Source of the DNA: Candidatus Woesearchaeota archaeon
GTDB lineage: Archaea > Nanobdellota > Nanobdellia > Pacearchaeales > GW2011-AR1
Direction: 5' to 3'
Length of the DNA: 47,496 nt
NCBI GenBank assembly: GCA_964423055.1
Contig: CAYRCZ010000004.1
Location: 1,491-48,986, forward strand
Below, in pieces: positions 18,808-27,372 of this stretch; positions within the stretch are counted from its first letter, which is position 1; every line of letters starts with the position of its first letter. A program made the position numbers and the translations under genes. The notes beneath the pieces are model-generated. The model did not search any database. It saw only the letters and a list, made by a program, of their open reading frames with translations, and was not told where the DNA came from.

Positions 18808-19032
18808 ATGAATGTAGATGCAATAAGAGTTGTTGTTGAAAGGAGTTTGGAAGTTGAAGCTGCAAAAAGGGATAAGCTTGCTCTTGAAGAAGTTGCTGAT
18901 ATGGATATGACTATGGGATTAAATCTTTATTCCAGTTTATCTCATCAACCAAGATTAGTTGATTGCCAGCTTGCAGATTATGACAGGGTTCAAACTTATT
19001 TCAATTATTCTAACGAGAGAAAATCTGCTTGA
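18808..19032 (+). CDS. Hypothetical small protein (74 aa).
   Basis: ATG ORF with no recognised motif. Confidence 0.35.
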   Translation: MNVDAIRVVVERSLEVEAAKRDKLALEEVADMDMTMGLNLYSSLSHQPRLVDCQLADYDRVQTYFNYSNERKSA

Positions 19033-19058
19033 ATAATTTGTTTTTAGATTTTCTTAAG

Positions 19059-19367
19059 TTAAGCTTTTTTTGATTTTTTAGCAAGTATACCTTTAATTGA
19101 TGGGCTTATTGCTTTATCTGTGCGGTGAATACAACCTATCCAACAACATGGGCGTCTTTTGCCTTCAAGTAATTCTTCACGAGTTCTCTTTATTCTATGA
19201 TCTCGAGTTTTTGATTGTTTAGCATCTTCTACCCAACAAATAAATTCATTTCTTGCAAGAGGAGTGATATCTTCCCATAACCCAAGAGTTTTAGCATCGC
19301 GGGTAAGTTCTTTTTGTAAATCTGCTGGCATTTTATGCACAGTACCTGATGAAATAGTTTTATTCAT
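19059..19367 (-). CDS. YdeI/OmpD-associated family protein (102 aa).
   Basis: MPADLQKEL...LARNEFICWVEDAKQSKTRDHRIKRTREEL is family-typical. ATG at 19367 lies about 25 nt downstream of tatttttata (19391-19400). The longer track ORF to 19481 is low-complexity. Confidence 0.7.
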   Translation of the reverse strand: MNKTISSGTVHKMPADLQKELTRDAKTLGLWEDITPLARNEFICWVEDAKQSKTRDHRIKRTREELLEGKRRPCCWIGCIHRTDKAISPSIKGILAKKSKKA

Positions 19368-19399
19368 ATTATGATGATGCTTCTTGATTTTATAAAAAT

Positions 19400-19411
19400 A
19401 TGCGCGGGCCG
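19400..19411 (+). repeat. 12-nt copy of the tRNA-Gly 3' junction (atgcgcgggccg).
   Basis: Identical to 27238-27249, which is the flanking base, the discriminator, the acceptor 3' strand and the start of the T stem, read on the plus strand. Same orientation. Confidence 0.7.
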
Positions 19412-19540
19412 CGGTCATAGCAGAAGAGCTTAATAGAAAGTAAAATAGTTTAATATGAATATAAAAGAACAAATCAATCAAGACATTGGAATCAGCAATA
19501 AGTTACGGTATAAAATAGGCAAACCTTTAATTCTGCTAAA

Positions 19541-20077
19541 TTAAGTCAACTCTTTCTTTAAAATTTTGTGAGCAGTATTGATTTTTTGAAACAATTCATG
19601 ATCTCCATGAGGAAGCATATCGGGATGATATTTTTTAGCTAAGATTTTGTAGTTCTTGGTAATAACTTCAAAATCCATTTCATCCTCTTTAACGCATAAA
19701 GTCTTTCTAGCTTCAATCCTTTGCTGTGTAAGATCATCATCTTCAGAAAACTCGCGTATAAAGTCATCTGCAATTATTTCTTTTGAAAGCAATCTTTCAA
19801 CTTCAATTTTTAATATCTTGTCTATGATGAAAAGGTTTTCAACAAATTTTGGCATCAAAGCATAACTATACTTTAGATTATGGTTGTTAAAATACCATTT
19901 TACAGAAGCAGGGTGCTTTCTCATAGCAATTTTCTGCATATTTACCTCAATATGGTGGCGCTCTACTCCAATCTGTTTTAAAGTAGCAACTATGCTGTTC
20001 TCAAGTTGTAGTGCGCGCCTATCATAAGAACCAGTTATTCTAGGGGCTTCTATTTCATGTCCTTTAATAAATACCAT
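19541..20077 (-). CDS. Atypical J-domain protein (J domain at the C-terminus, no G/F or zinc-finger region).
   Basis: FEVITKNYKILAKKYHPDMLPHGDHELFQKINTAHKILKKE contains the HPD motif. Divergent from grpE-dnaK. Confidence 0.7.
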   Translation of the reverse strand: MVFIKGHEIEAPRITGSYDRRALQLENSIVATLKQIGVERHHIEVNMQKIAMRKHPASVKWYFNNHNLKYSYALMPKFVENLFIIDKILKIEVERLLSKEIIADDFIREFSEDDDLTQQRIEARKTLCVKEDEMDFEVITKNYKILAKKYHPDMLPHGDHELFQKINTAHKILKKELT

Positions 20078-20185
20078 TGAATTCTAGTCAAAATACCAGT
20101 TTATAAACTTGATTTAGGCATATTTTCTTTAATTAGAATAACTCCAGTAGCTAACATTTAAAAGAGGTCAAACTGAAACATTCAA

Positions 20186-20614
20186 ATGGAACTAGCAGAA
20201 AAACCAAAAGTAACTGAACAGGAATATATTGAGAAATTACAGAGGGCTCAAGCAGAATTTGAGAACTATAGAAGGAGAACTGAAATTGAAAAAAGTGAAA
20301 ATGCAAGCAACTCAAATGCTCATTTAATTACACAATTACTAGAAGTATTGGATAATTTTGAACTTGCCCTAAAACATAATAATGATCCTGGAATAAAATT
20401 AGTTTATACTCAGTTATTAAAAATACTTGAAAAACAGGGTTTGAAAGTAATAGATACAAAAGGGAAATTTGATCCAAAATTTCATGAAGTTCTATTAAAA
20501 GAAGAAGGGGACAAACCAGGAGTTATTCTAGAAGAGATAAAGAAAGGTTATATGCTAAAAGATAGAATTATAAGAGCATCTAAAATTAAACTTAGCACAG
20601 GAGCAGACAAATAA
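20186..20614 (+). CDS. grpE: Nucleotide exchange factor GrpE (short, 142 aa).
   Basis: [31 protein letters not shown] and [10 protein letters not shown]. Confidence 0.85.
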   Translation: MELAEKPKVTEQEYIEKLQRAQAEFENYRRRTEIEKSENASNSNAHLITQLLEVLDNFELALKHNNDPGIKLVYTQLLKILEKQGLKVIDTKGKFDPKFHEVLLKEEGDKPGVILEEIKKGYMLKDRIIRASKIKLSTGADK

Positions 20615-22392
20615 TGGGAAAAGTAATTGGAATTGATTTAGGCACAACATTTTCAGCTGTAAGCGTAATGGAAGGCGGAAAACCTAAAATTATAGCTGAC
20701 TCTGAAGGTAATAGAACAATGCCAAGTGTAGTCTCTATTAATGGAGAAGAAATCTTAGTTGGAGAAGTAGCAAAACGTGGAGCAGTAGCAAACCCTACAA
20801 GTACAATAAGAAGCATCAAAAGAGCGATGGGTACTAAAAAATTAACAAAGATAGGTGATAAAGAGTATTCTCCAGAACAAATTTCTGCTATGATTTTATC
20901 TAAGTTAAAGAAAGATGCAGAAAACTATTTAGGCCAAGAAGTAACTGATGCTGTAATTACTGTTCCGGCATATTTTGGAGATGCACAAAGAAATGCTACA
21001 AAAGATGCAGGAGTTCTTGCTGGGCTTAATGTAAAGAGAATTATTAATGAACCTACAGCAGCTTCACTTGCATATGGTTTAGACAAAGAAGATAACCAAA
21101 CAATACTTGTTTTTGATTTCGGAGGAGGAACTTTTGACGTTTCTATTCTGGTGCTTGGCGGAGGAGTATTTGAAGTTAAATCCACTTCAGGAGATAATTA
21201 CTTAGGTGGAGATGATATTGATGAAATTATTATTAATTACTTGAATAGTGAATTCCAAAAAGTAAATGATGTCGATCTAAAAAAAGACTTAGTAGCATTA
21301 CAAAGACTTAGAGATGCAGCAGAAGTTGCAAAAATAGAACTTAGCACATTAGAAGAAACAAAAATAACTATCCCTTACATTTATACCCATAATAATTCAC
21401 CTAAACACCTGGACGTTACTTTAACTAGAAAGCACTTTGAACATATTTGTCAACCAATATTCCAAAGACTAAGTACTCCAACAAAACAAGCAATAAAAGA
21501 TGCAAAGTTGAGCAAAATTGACAAAGTAATTCTTGTTGGAGGAAGTACAAGAATTCCTAAAGTTCAAGAGTTAGTTCAAGAGATAACAGGGCTTGTACCT
21601 GATAAATCCGTTAACCCTGATGAGGCAGTTTCACTTGGAGCAGCTATACAAGGAGGAATACTTAGTGGAGAAGTTAAAGATATATTACTTCTTGATATAA
21701 CTCCTTTAACTTTAGGTATAGAAGTTGCCGGGGGACTTAGATCTTCATTAATTGAAAGAAATACAACTATTCCAACTAGGAAAAGCCAAGTATTCACTAC
21801 AACAATGGATACTCAAGAGTCAGTTACTATTAATGTACTCCAAGGAGAACGTGAAATGGCAGAAGATAACCATTCACTTGGAAGATTTGATCTTCAAGGA
21901 ATACCTCCTGCACCACGCGGAATCCCTCAAATAGAAGTAACTTTTGATATAGATACAAACGGTATTGTTAAGGTGTCTGCTAAAGACTTAGGAACAGGAA
22001 TAGAACAGAAGATAACAGTTACGGGTGGAGCACTAACTGAAGAAGAAATAGAAAAAATGGTTAGAGATTCTGAAAGATACAGAGAAGATGATAGAAGAAA
22101 GAGAGAGTCCATTGAAGTAAGACTCGAAGCAGAGCAAACTATTGATGCAATTGAAAAGATACTTCATCTTTACAAAGATAAACTAGACACAAATACAATA
22201 AGCACAGTTAAGGAAGAAATCGAAGAATTAAAGATTTTAATTGTAGGAACAGACACACGCGCAATCAAACACAAATTAGATGATCTTCATGAAGCTTCTC
22301 AAGAAATTGGTATGAAGATTTATCAGAAAACTGCAGCAGAAGCAACTCAATCAGGCAGCCATAAACCCCATAAAACAATTACTTTGGATTAA
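20614..22392 (+). CDS. dnaK: Hsp70 chaperone DnaK.
   Basis: [29 protein letters not shown] and a substrate-binding domain. ATG overlaps the grpE TAA by 1 nt. Confidence 0.95.
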   Translation: MGKVIGIDLGTTFSAVSVMEGGKPKIIADSEGNRTMPSVVSINGEEILVGEVAKRGAVANPTSTIRSIKRAMGTKKLTKIGDKEYSPEQISAMILSKLKKDAENYLGQEVTDAVITVPAYFGDAQRNATKDAGVLAGLNVKRIINEPTAASLAYGLDKEDNQTILVFDFGGGTFDVSILVLGGGVFEVKSTSGDNYLGGDDIDEIIINYLNSEFQKVNDVDLKKDLVALQRLRDAAEVAKIELSTLEETKITIPYIYTHNNSPKHLDVTLTRKHFEHICQPIFQRLSTPTKQAIKDAKLSKIDKVILVGGSTRIPKVQELVQEITGLVPDKSVNPDEAVSLGAAIQGGILSGEVKDILLLDITPLTLGIEVAGGLRSSLIERNTTIPTRKSQVFTTTMDTQESVTINVLQGEREMAEDNHSLGRFDLQGIPPAPRGIPQIEVTFDIDTNGIVKVSAKDLGTGIEQKITVTGGALTEEEIEKMVRDSERYREDDRRKRESIEVRLEAEQTIDAIEKILHLYKDKLDTNTISTVKEEIEELKILIVGTDTRAIKHKLDDLHEASQEIGMKIYQKTAAEATQSGSHKPHKTITLD

Positions 22393-22462
22393 ACAAATTC
22401 AATAGAACCATTCTTGACATTTTTTAAAAATTAAGCAATATATCAATATGTGTGGACCGCAG

Positions 22463-22490
22463 TCAATACCTTCCGCGCATCCTGATGGGA
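22463..22490 (+). repeat. GC-rich repeat, copy A (core tcaataccttccgcgcatcctgatggga; similarity extends over 22457-22495).
   Basis: 27/28 identical to copy B, same orientation, immediately 3' of the toxin gene. Confidence 0.85.
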
Positions 22491-22497
22491 TTTCTAA

Positions 22498-22743
22498 TTA
22501 ATCATAAACATTCTTTCTATGCTCAAATCTTAAGAAATATAGAGTATTATTAGAGAACGTATAAATTATTCTAAAAGGTTTAACATAAATAGTTCTTTCA
22601 CCCTTTAAATCATATCTTAAGGGTTTACCAATTTCAGGGTTTTGGATAATTTTCTGAACTTGTTTTAATGCTATAATTTTAACAGTTGAATCTGCTTTCT
22701 TGAACTCTTTTTCAAATTTTTCAGTATAGATTACATCTACCAT
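22498..22743 (-). CDS. RelE/ParE-family type II toxin.
   Basis: 81 aa. C-terminal RIIYTFSNNTLYFLRFEHRKNVY is typical of RelE/ParE. Overlaps the antitoxin by 7 nt. Confidence 0.8.
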   Translation of the reverse strand: MVDVIYTEKFEKEFKKADSTVKIIALKQVQKIIQNPEIGKPLRYDLKGERTIYVKPFRIIYTFSNNTLYFLRFEHRKNVYD

Positions 22744-23000
22744 TGAGCAATTTCTTTAAGAAAATTTTCACTTGTCAATTTTTTATACTTACCAGCCTCA
22801 ATCTCTTTCCAAGCCTCTTTAATTTCATCTAAGGTTTTGAGATCATCCTCTAAAGGATTTTGCACTTTTTTTAAAACTAAAATGTCATCTTTTGTTGAAA
22901 CAGCTAGCATTTCTCCGTCTTTAATGGCTAATTTCTTTCGCAAAGCTAATGGAATAACTATCTGCCCTTTGCTGCTCATCCTTGTAAGTTCAATTTCCAT
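22737..23000 (-). CDS. AbrB/MazE/SpoVT-family antitoxin.
   Basis: SSKGQIVIPLALRKKLAIKDGEMLAV swapped-hairpin signature. Confidence 0.8.
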   Translation of the reverse strand: MEIELTRMSSKGQIVIPLALRKKLAIKDGEMLAVSTKDDILVLKKVQNPLEDDLKTLDEIKEAWKEIEAGKYKKLTSENFLKEIAQW

Positions 23001-23005
23001 GTTGA

Positions 23006-23029
23006 AGTAAGATAATCTTACTATATAAA
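23006..23029 (-). promoter_or_regulatory. TA promoter: TATA box (tttatata, 23022-23029 on the minus strand) plus a perfect 8-1-8 palindrome as candidate operator.
   Basis: agtaagat-a-atcttact at 23006-23022 lies between the TATA box and the antitoxin ATG (23000). Confidence 0.6.
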
Positions 23030-23071
23030 TCTTTGTTTTTTAGTGTTATGATCTAGTAAAGCAGGCCGTAA

Positions 23072-23099
23072 TCAATACCTTTCGCGCATCCTGATGGGA
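23072..23099 (+). repeat. GC-rich repeat, copy B (core tcaatacctttcgcgcatcctgatggga; similarity extends over 23066-23108).
   Basis: Direct repeat of copy A, 609 bp away. 30/32 identical to inverted copy C. Confidence 0.85.
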
Positions 23100-23181
23100 A
23101 CTATTTCTCCTAAAAGATAGATTTATTCTAGACAAAACTTATAAATTTTAGAAAATTTGGCTAAGTATTATGATGTATTTT

Positions 23182-23655
23182 TTAGCTTTCTAAAAGAAGA
23201 GAATCAAAAATTTCTTCTATATCTTTTAGTCGCGCATTCCTGAATTCCCATTCAATATTATAGGTAACAAATGCCATTCTATTTTTTGTCATAGCAACCA
23301 TCATTTTCCAACATCTTTCTTCCCTGTTTTGTAATAATTTATAGAAATCAGATATCGCTGATATGGATCCCATTCTTTCTTGCACTTTTATTTTGACTTT
23401 ATCTTTTGTTTGTTTTTTGATATGGTTTTCTAATCGAGTCTTTGGGTTTATTTCTGAGTTTTTCATAGGTTTTTCTGAGGAAAATGTTGAAATTTGTACA
23501 ACGCCTGCATCTTTTGTCTTGGGATATAATGCAAGAACCTCTCCCTTGTTGTCTACAATCCACCCTTCAGGTAATATTAAAGAAAAAGCTTTTGTTCTAA
23601 ATACATTTTTTCCCATACTAATATTTCGAGAAGAAGTTATATTTAGTTTTTTCAT
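23182..23655 (-). CDS. Hypothetical protein (157 aa).
   Basis: ATG ORF with no recognised motif. Its start codon at 23655 lies 15 nt downstream of the stop (23671) of the preceding minus-strand membrane-protein gene. Confidence 0.5.
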   Translation of the reverse strand: MKKLNITSSRNISMGKNVFRTKAFSLILPEGWIVDNKGEVLALYPKTKDAGVVQISTFSSEKPMKNSEINPKTRLENHIKKQTKDKVKIKVQERMGSISAISDFYKLLQNREERCWKMMVAMTKNRMAFVTYNIEWEFRNARLKDIEEIFDSLLLES

Positions 23656-23670
23656 TTTACCTTAAAACCT

Positions 23671-25434
23671 CTACCATGTTATAATTGTCTTTCTGTATTT
23701 AACAGGATTTATATCCGAAACAACAATGAAATAATATGTACCTTCAGATTCCAATGTATAATTTTTGAGGTGCCATGGCCACTTAGTACCAGAAGCATTA
23801 ACTAAAGAGTAAAAATCATTTCCCTCCTCGAAGTCTGAAAAATTGCTCTCTGGGATCAAGTATATCTCAGCATAATCCTCAGACTCAAATATTATTTCAA
23901 CTTTTGAGTTATTAGTGGCGTTAAATATATGCCATTCATGATATCCTGAAGGAATTTCGCTTGATTTATTTACTATCAAATATCTTCCATCGGATAGATT
24001 GGTATGATACATTCCTTCTTCAAGATTTAAGATTGGTTTAATTTTGATACTGTAATTAATTGTTCCAATTTCAGATGGCCATAATATTACCGAATACTTT
24101 CCAGGCGCTATTTTACTTTCTAATTTTTCCCAAGTTGTATCAAAACTAGAAATAAATGTTTCATATGTTTCATTTCTTATAGATTTTTCTAATTCAGATT
24201 CTTCTATAATCACTAAACCACAATCCTTATCTGAGGAAAATGTTAAGGAGATGTTTATTGGTTTATCTATTTCAAAGTTTATTATTTCATCATTACCTGG
24301 CCTTATAGTTTCACCAACTCTATCAATTATAGGTTTTTCAAAAGCAAGCTTTTGCTGATATTCATTATTCTCGTAAAGTACTATAACTCCTCCGACTGCT
24401 AATCCTAAGGTTATCAATAAAGACAATATGAAGACTATCGATGCAAATACGCTCTTTTTATGAGTACAAATGTGGATTGTTGATACTACTAAAGCAAAAA
24501 TTACAAGATAAGGGAGTATTAAGTCAGGCAATAAATTTGATGAAAATATTTTTGGGAAAATTAAATAAAATATAAAACTCAATAAAATAAAAAAATAGGT
24601 CGATATTCTTGTTGAATACCATATGAAATCTCTTTTATCTAATTTTATTAAAGTAAGTTCTTTTTTAGGTCTGTCCCTTAACTCCAGATATGTATTTTTG
24701 AAAAACAAGATAAATAATGGGATGAAAAGTAAATGGTATAGTATGCTGGTTACTAAACCTATAAGTGAAATTATTGCGCTCTCCCCTAAATTAACTTCTT
24801 CTCCGGTTATTTTACTAGTCAAATAATCCCTTTGTAAATCTGGAAGTAAGGTGCTTGTAGCTAACCATACGATAGACATAATCCCATATATTAAAACAAA
24901 ATATCCAAAAATTTTCCACCAATTGCCCTTTACTAGTTGTCTACTTTTTTTCAGAGCTTCATTAATTCTTGTATGTTTTTTGTCAAATAAAACATAAGAT
25001 CCCAAAGACCAATATATCATAAAGATAAGCCCCGGTATTATTAATAAAATAAACAGGCCAAATAAATAGATAAGCATTACAATACAAAAACCAAGATATA
25101 ACCAATAGTTCTCTTTTGCTGACTTAAGTGCCTCTTTGAAACTAAATGTTTTTTTCCTTATGGAAATGGAAGTAATTCCAACCATTGGAATAAATTGTGC
25201 AAAAGCCAAAGCAATTCCTAACAAACCCAGCAATATTGTTAATACTATTAGAGTAACATTTAATCCATCATTAGTTTTATCAGCGATCTTAAAAAATGGA
25301 TTTTCTACTGCTAAGCTTAGTAAGCTAATAATAATTGAAGGAAGTATAACAAACTAAAAGACTAATCCAAATATTGCCTTAAAATTGGCCCTATAATCTA
25401 GAATAGATTTTCTCAATAAAGAGGCAAAACTCAT
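23671..25434 (-). pseudogene. Polytopic membrane protein with a C-terminal extracytoplasmic beta-rich domain, interrupted by one in-frame TAG (25354-25356).
   Basis: ATG at 25434 lies about 27 nt downstream of gatataaaaa. It is in frame with track ORF 23671-25233. The translation MSFASLLRKSILDYRANFKAIFGLVF*FVILPSIIISLL runs through a TM helix. Confidence 0.55.
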
Positions 25435-25492
25435 AAAAATGTAAGTTTTCATGCTTTTTATATCTTTTATTATAATATGATCTATAAATTAT

Positions 25493-26236
25493 TTAAATAA
25501 TATCTGGGTCCGGTAAATCAGGCCTTGTTAAAATAGGGTTTTCTTCTAAAAAAGGACCTTCTGCTATTTCTTTTATACTTTCATTATATATCTTTTCAAG
25601 ACGTTCAGAAAAAATCCAAGTTATTTCTTGAAGATCTTCTATTGTTTCATTGTTTACTAAGCCCCGAGTAACGGCAAATTCAACTTTTGCACCTTCATAA
25701 TAAGCAACACCAACCATTCTACCACCAACACCATCTCCTCTCCGTTGTACTAACAAATATGTACGCTTAAATGGATATTCTACAGGATAATTAGTTTCTT
25801 TTTTGATTACTTCCCAATTTCTCTTGTCTGTTCCTATTTCAATTTTATGTTTAAGTTTAATATTTCCAGGTTTGTCCAAAGTAATAATAAAAGAAGTGAT
25901 ATAATCTTTTTCTGAATTCATAGTCAATTGTTTCTGGTAGTCTAATATTTTACCCCATCCTTTGCCAGTATAATCAAAAACAAAAGCTCTAGTTGGTCTA
26001 ATACCTTCAGATGTATTAACAATCCTTAATATTTCTTCTTTAGTGATTAGCTGACTTACTAGATTTTCTCCAAATTCATCTCCAATTTCTTCCGGAACCT
26101 CTCCAAATTCCAAACCCATTCCATCTAAAGTTTGTTCTACAAATCTTTCATCAGTAGTCTGAACTACAAAAATGGAATATGATGCTATAATTAATAAGAC
26201 TACAATAGAAATAAACCAGATTGTGCTATTTTTCAT
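25493..26236 (-). CDS. Hypothetical membrane-anchored/secreted protein (247 aa).
   Basis: ATG at 26236 overlaps the upstream stop (ATGA). MKNSTIWFISIVVLLII signal anchor. Confidence 0.55.
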   Translation of the reverse strand: MKNSTIWFISIVVLLIIASYSIFVVQTTDERFVEQTLDGMGLEFGEVPEEIGDEFGENLVSQLITKEEILRIVNTSEGIRPTRAFVFDYTGKGWGKILDYQKQLTMNSEKDYITSFIITLDKPGNIKLKHKIEIGTDKRNWEVIKKETNYPVEYPFKRTYLLVQRRGDGVGGRMVGVAYYEGAKVEFAVTRGLVNNETIEDLQEITWIFSERLEKIYNESIKEIAEGPFLEENPILTRPDLPDPDII

Positions 26237-26688
26237 CTTAACAAGCTCCAAACAAAAAGCATGCACATCGCAACAACAAAAAGGATTAGCCCTAATGTAA
26301 ATGATCCAGATTTATTTAAAAAACCCAATCTGGCACTAAGTCTATTTCCTCTTAAACCCCTTAATCCCTTTAAGAAAAAAGAAGTAAATAATATTATTAC
26401 GGCAGAGCATTGGATAAAATCTGAAAATAACCATTCTTTCAATAAAATTCCGGATAAAATAGTGTAAGTTAGGGTATAAACAGATAACCATAGATTAGAT
26501 AATAATTTAGGATACTTCTTTTTCTTACCATCCCTATTTTTCCATATAGAATGCAAGCCCCTTACTAATGCCCAACTAAAGAACCACCATATAATTAGGC
26601 CTGGAGCACTTTCTATAAATGTGAAGAAAATTACAAATAAACCTAAAACAAATATTATGATGGTTAAAACAGAATATTTATTTTTCAT
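26233..26688 (-). CDS. Hypothetical integral membrane protein (151 aa).
   Basis: About four TM helices. ATGA overlap with the upstream gene. Confidence 0.55.
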   Translation of the reverse strand: MKNKYSVLTIIIFVLGLFVIFFTFIESAPGLIIWWFFSWALVRGLHSIWKNRDGKKKKYPKLLSNLWLSVYTLTYTILSGILLKEWLFSDFIQCSAVIILFTSFFLKGLRGLRGNRLSARLGFLNKSGSFTLGLILFVVAMCMLFVWSLLR

Positions 26689-27095
26689 TTCTTCTTTCGT
26701 ATATCTTTAGATTTATTTTTTAACAAGTAAATTGCAAAAAAGCTATTAATTATATAAAATAAGATCATAAAAAAGTAGCCAACTCTATTCCACATATATG
26801 AAAGGTCATAACTATGCAATCCAGTAATGATGTAAAAAGCTCCACCCATAATAGCAAGCAAAATACTCCCCACCACATAGAATAATAACAATCTAAAATG
26901 AGGCTTACTCATCTTTTTATGAGTGAAGATTAATAATATTAATGATGCAAAAAATAAGATTAACTCTATATTAGTAAGAAAATCATCAATGGTGTCAACA
27001 ACTAAGTTTTGAGAAAAAAGGTAATATTTTATTGAAAAGATAAGGTTAAGAAAGTTAACTATGAAGAATGAAATCAAATAAGTTTTATTTTTCAT
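26685..27095 (-). CDS. Hypothetical integral membrane protein (136 aa).
   Basis: About four TM helices. First gene of a three-gene ATGA-overlapped operon. Confidence 0.55.
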   Translation of the reverse strand: MKNKTYLISFFIVNFLNLIFSIKYYLFSQNLVVDTIDDFLTNIELILFFASLILLIFTHKKMSKPHFRLLLFYVVGSILLAIMGGAFYIITGLHSYDLSYMWNRVGYFFMILFYIINSFFAIYLLKNKSKDIRKKK

Positions 27096-27204
27096 ATTCC
27101 AATAAAGAATTATGCCTTAATAACTTTTCTTTCCTCAAGCATCCTCAGTATCTCTTTAAGCATCCAAATAATATGCAATTCCACTAGAAAAGTTCGCGAC
27201 AATC

Positions 27205-27236
27205 AAATAGTTCGCATGAGGATGCGCGAAAGGTAT
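27205..27236 (-). repeat. GC-rich repeat, copy C, inverted relative to A and B, abutting the tRNA-Gly 3' end.
   Basis: Plus strand aaatagttcgcatgaggatgcgcgaaaggtat matches the reverse complement of copy B (23075-23106) at 30/32 positions. Confidence 0.85.
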
Positions 27237-27238
27237 GA

Positions 27239-27310
27239 TGCGCGGGCCGGGAATTGAACCCGGGCCACAACGTTGGCAACGTCGTATACTAACCACTATA
27301 CTACCCGCGC
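27239..27310 (-). tRNA. tRNA-Gly (anticodon GCC).
   Basis: Reverse complement reads GCGCGGG-TA-GTAT-AGTGGTTA-GTAT-A-CGACG-TTGCCAA-CGTTG-TGGC-CCGGG-TTCAATT-CCCGG-CCCGCGC-A. 72 nt. Confidence 0.9.
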
Positions 27311-27328
27311 TTTACTCTAAGGGGACAG

Positions 27329-27354
27329 AAAGGTTTTATAAAGCTTTATTTTAA
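27329..27354. promoter_or_regulatory. Shared AT-rich BRE/TATA region between the divergent tRNA-Gly and tRNA-Val genes.
   Basis: aaaggttttataaagctttattttaa places TATA-like elements about 22-35 nt from both tRNA 5' ends. Confidence 0.5.
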
Positions 27355-27372
27355 TTTCTTATAAGACCAAAA

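Noticed and set aside
19368-19481. N-terminal 38-codon extension of the YdeI-like ORF (MIDLFFYIHIKLFYFLL...).
   Set aside because: The extension is low-complexity. It would swallow the TATA box at 19391-19400 and the GC-rich 12-mer. The internal ATG at 19367 has correct promoter spacing and begins the conserved domain.
23041-23100. Reading of GC-rich repeat B (and A) as a C/D-box sRNA (atgatc ... ctga).
   Set aside because: The C-box-like element is absent from copy A, no D' or C' boxes lie at the proper spacing, and the conserved part does not coincide with the box positions.
22440-23110. Reading of repeats A and B as integron attC sites or as degraded tRNA-Gly 3' halves.
   Set aside because: I found no R''/R' (RYYYAAC/GTTRRRY) inverted core sites or imperfect hairpin. 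No T-arm can be folded, and only loose resemblance to the tRNA end remains (tcaat.cc ... cgcgca). The cassette idea is kept as a hypothesis, but not these specific mechanisms.
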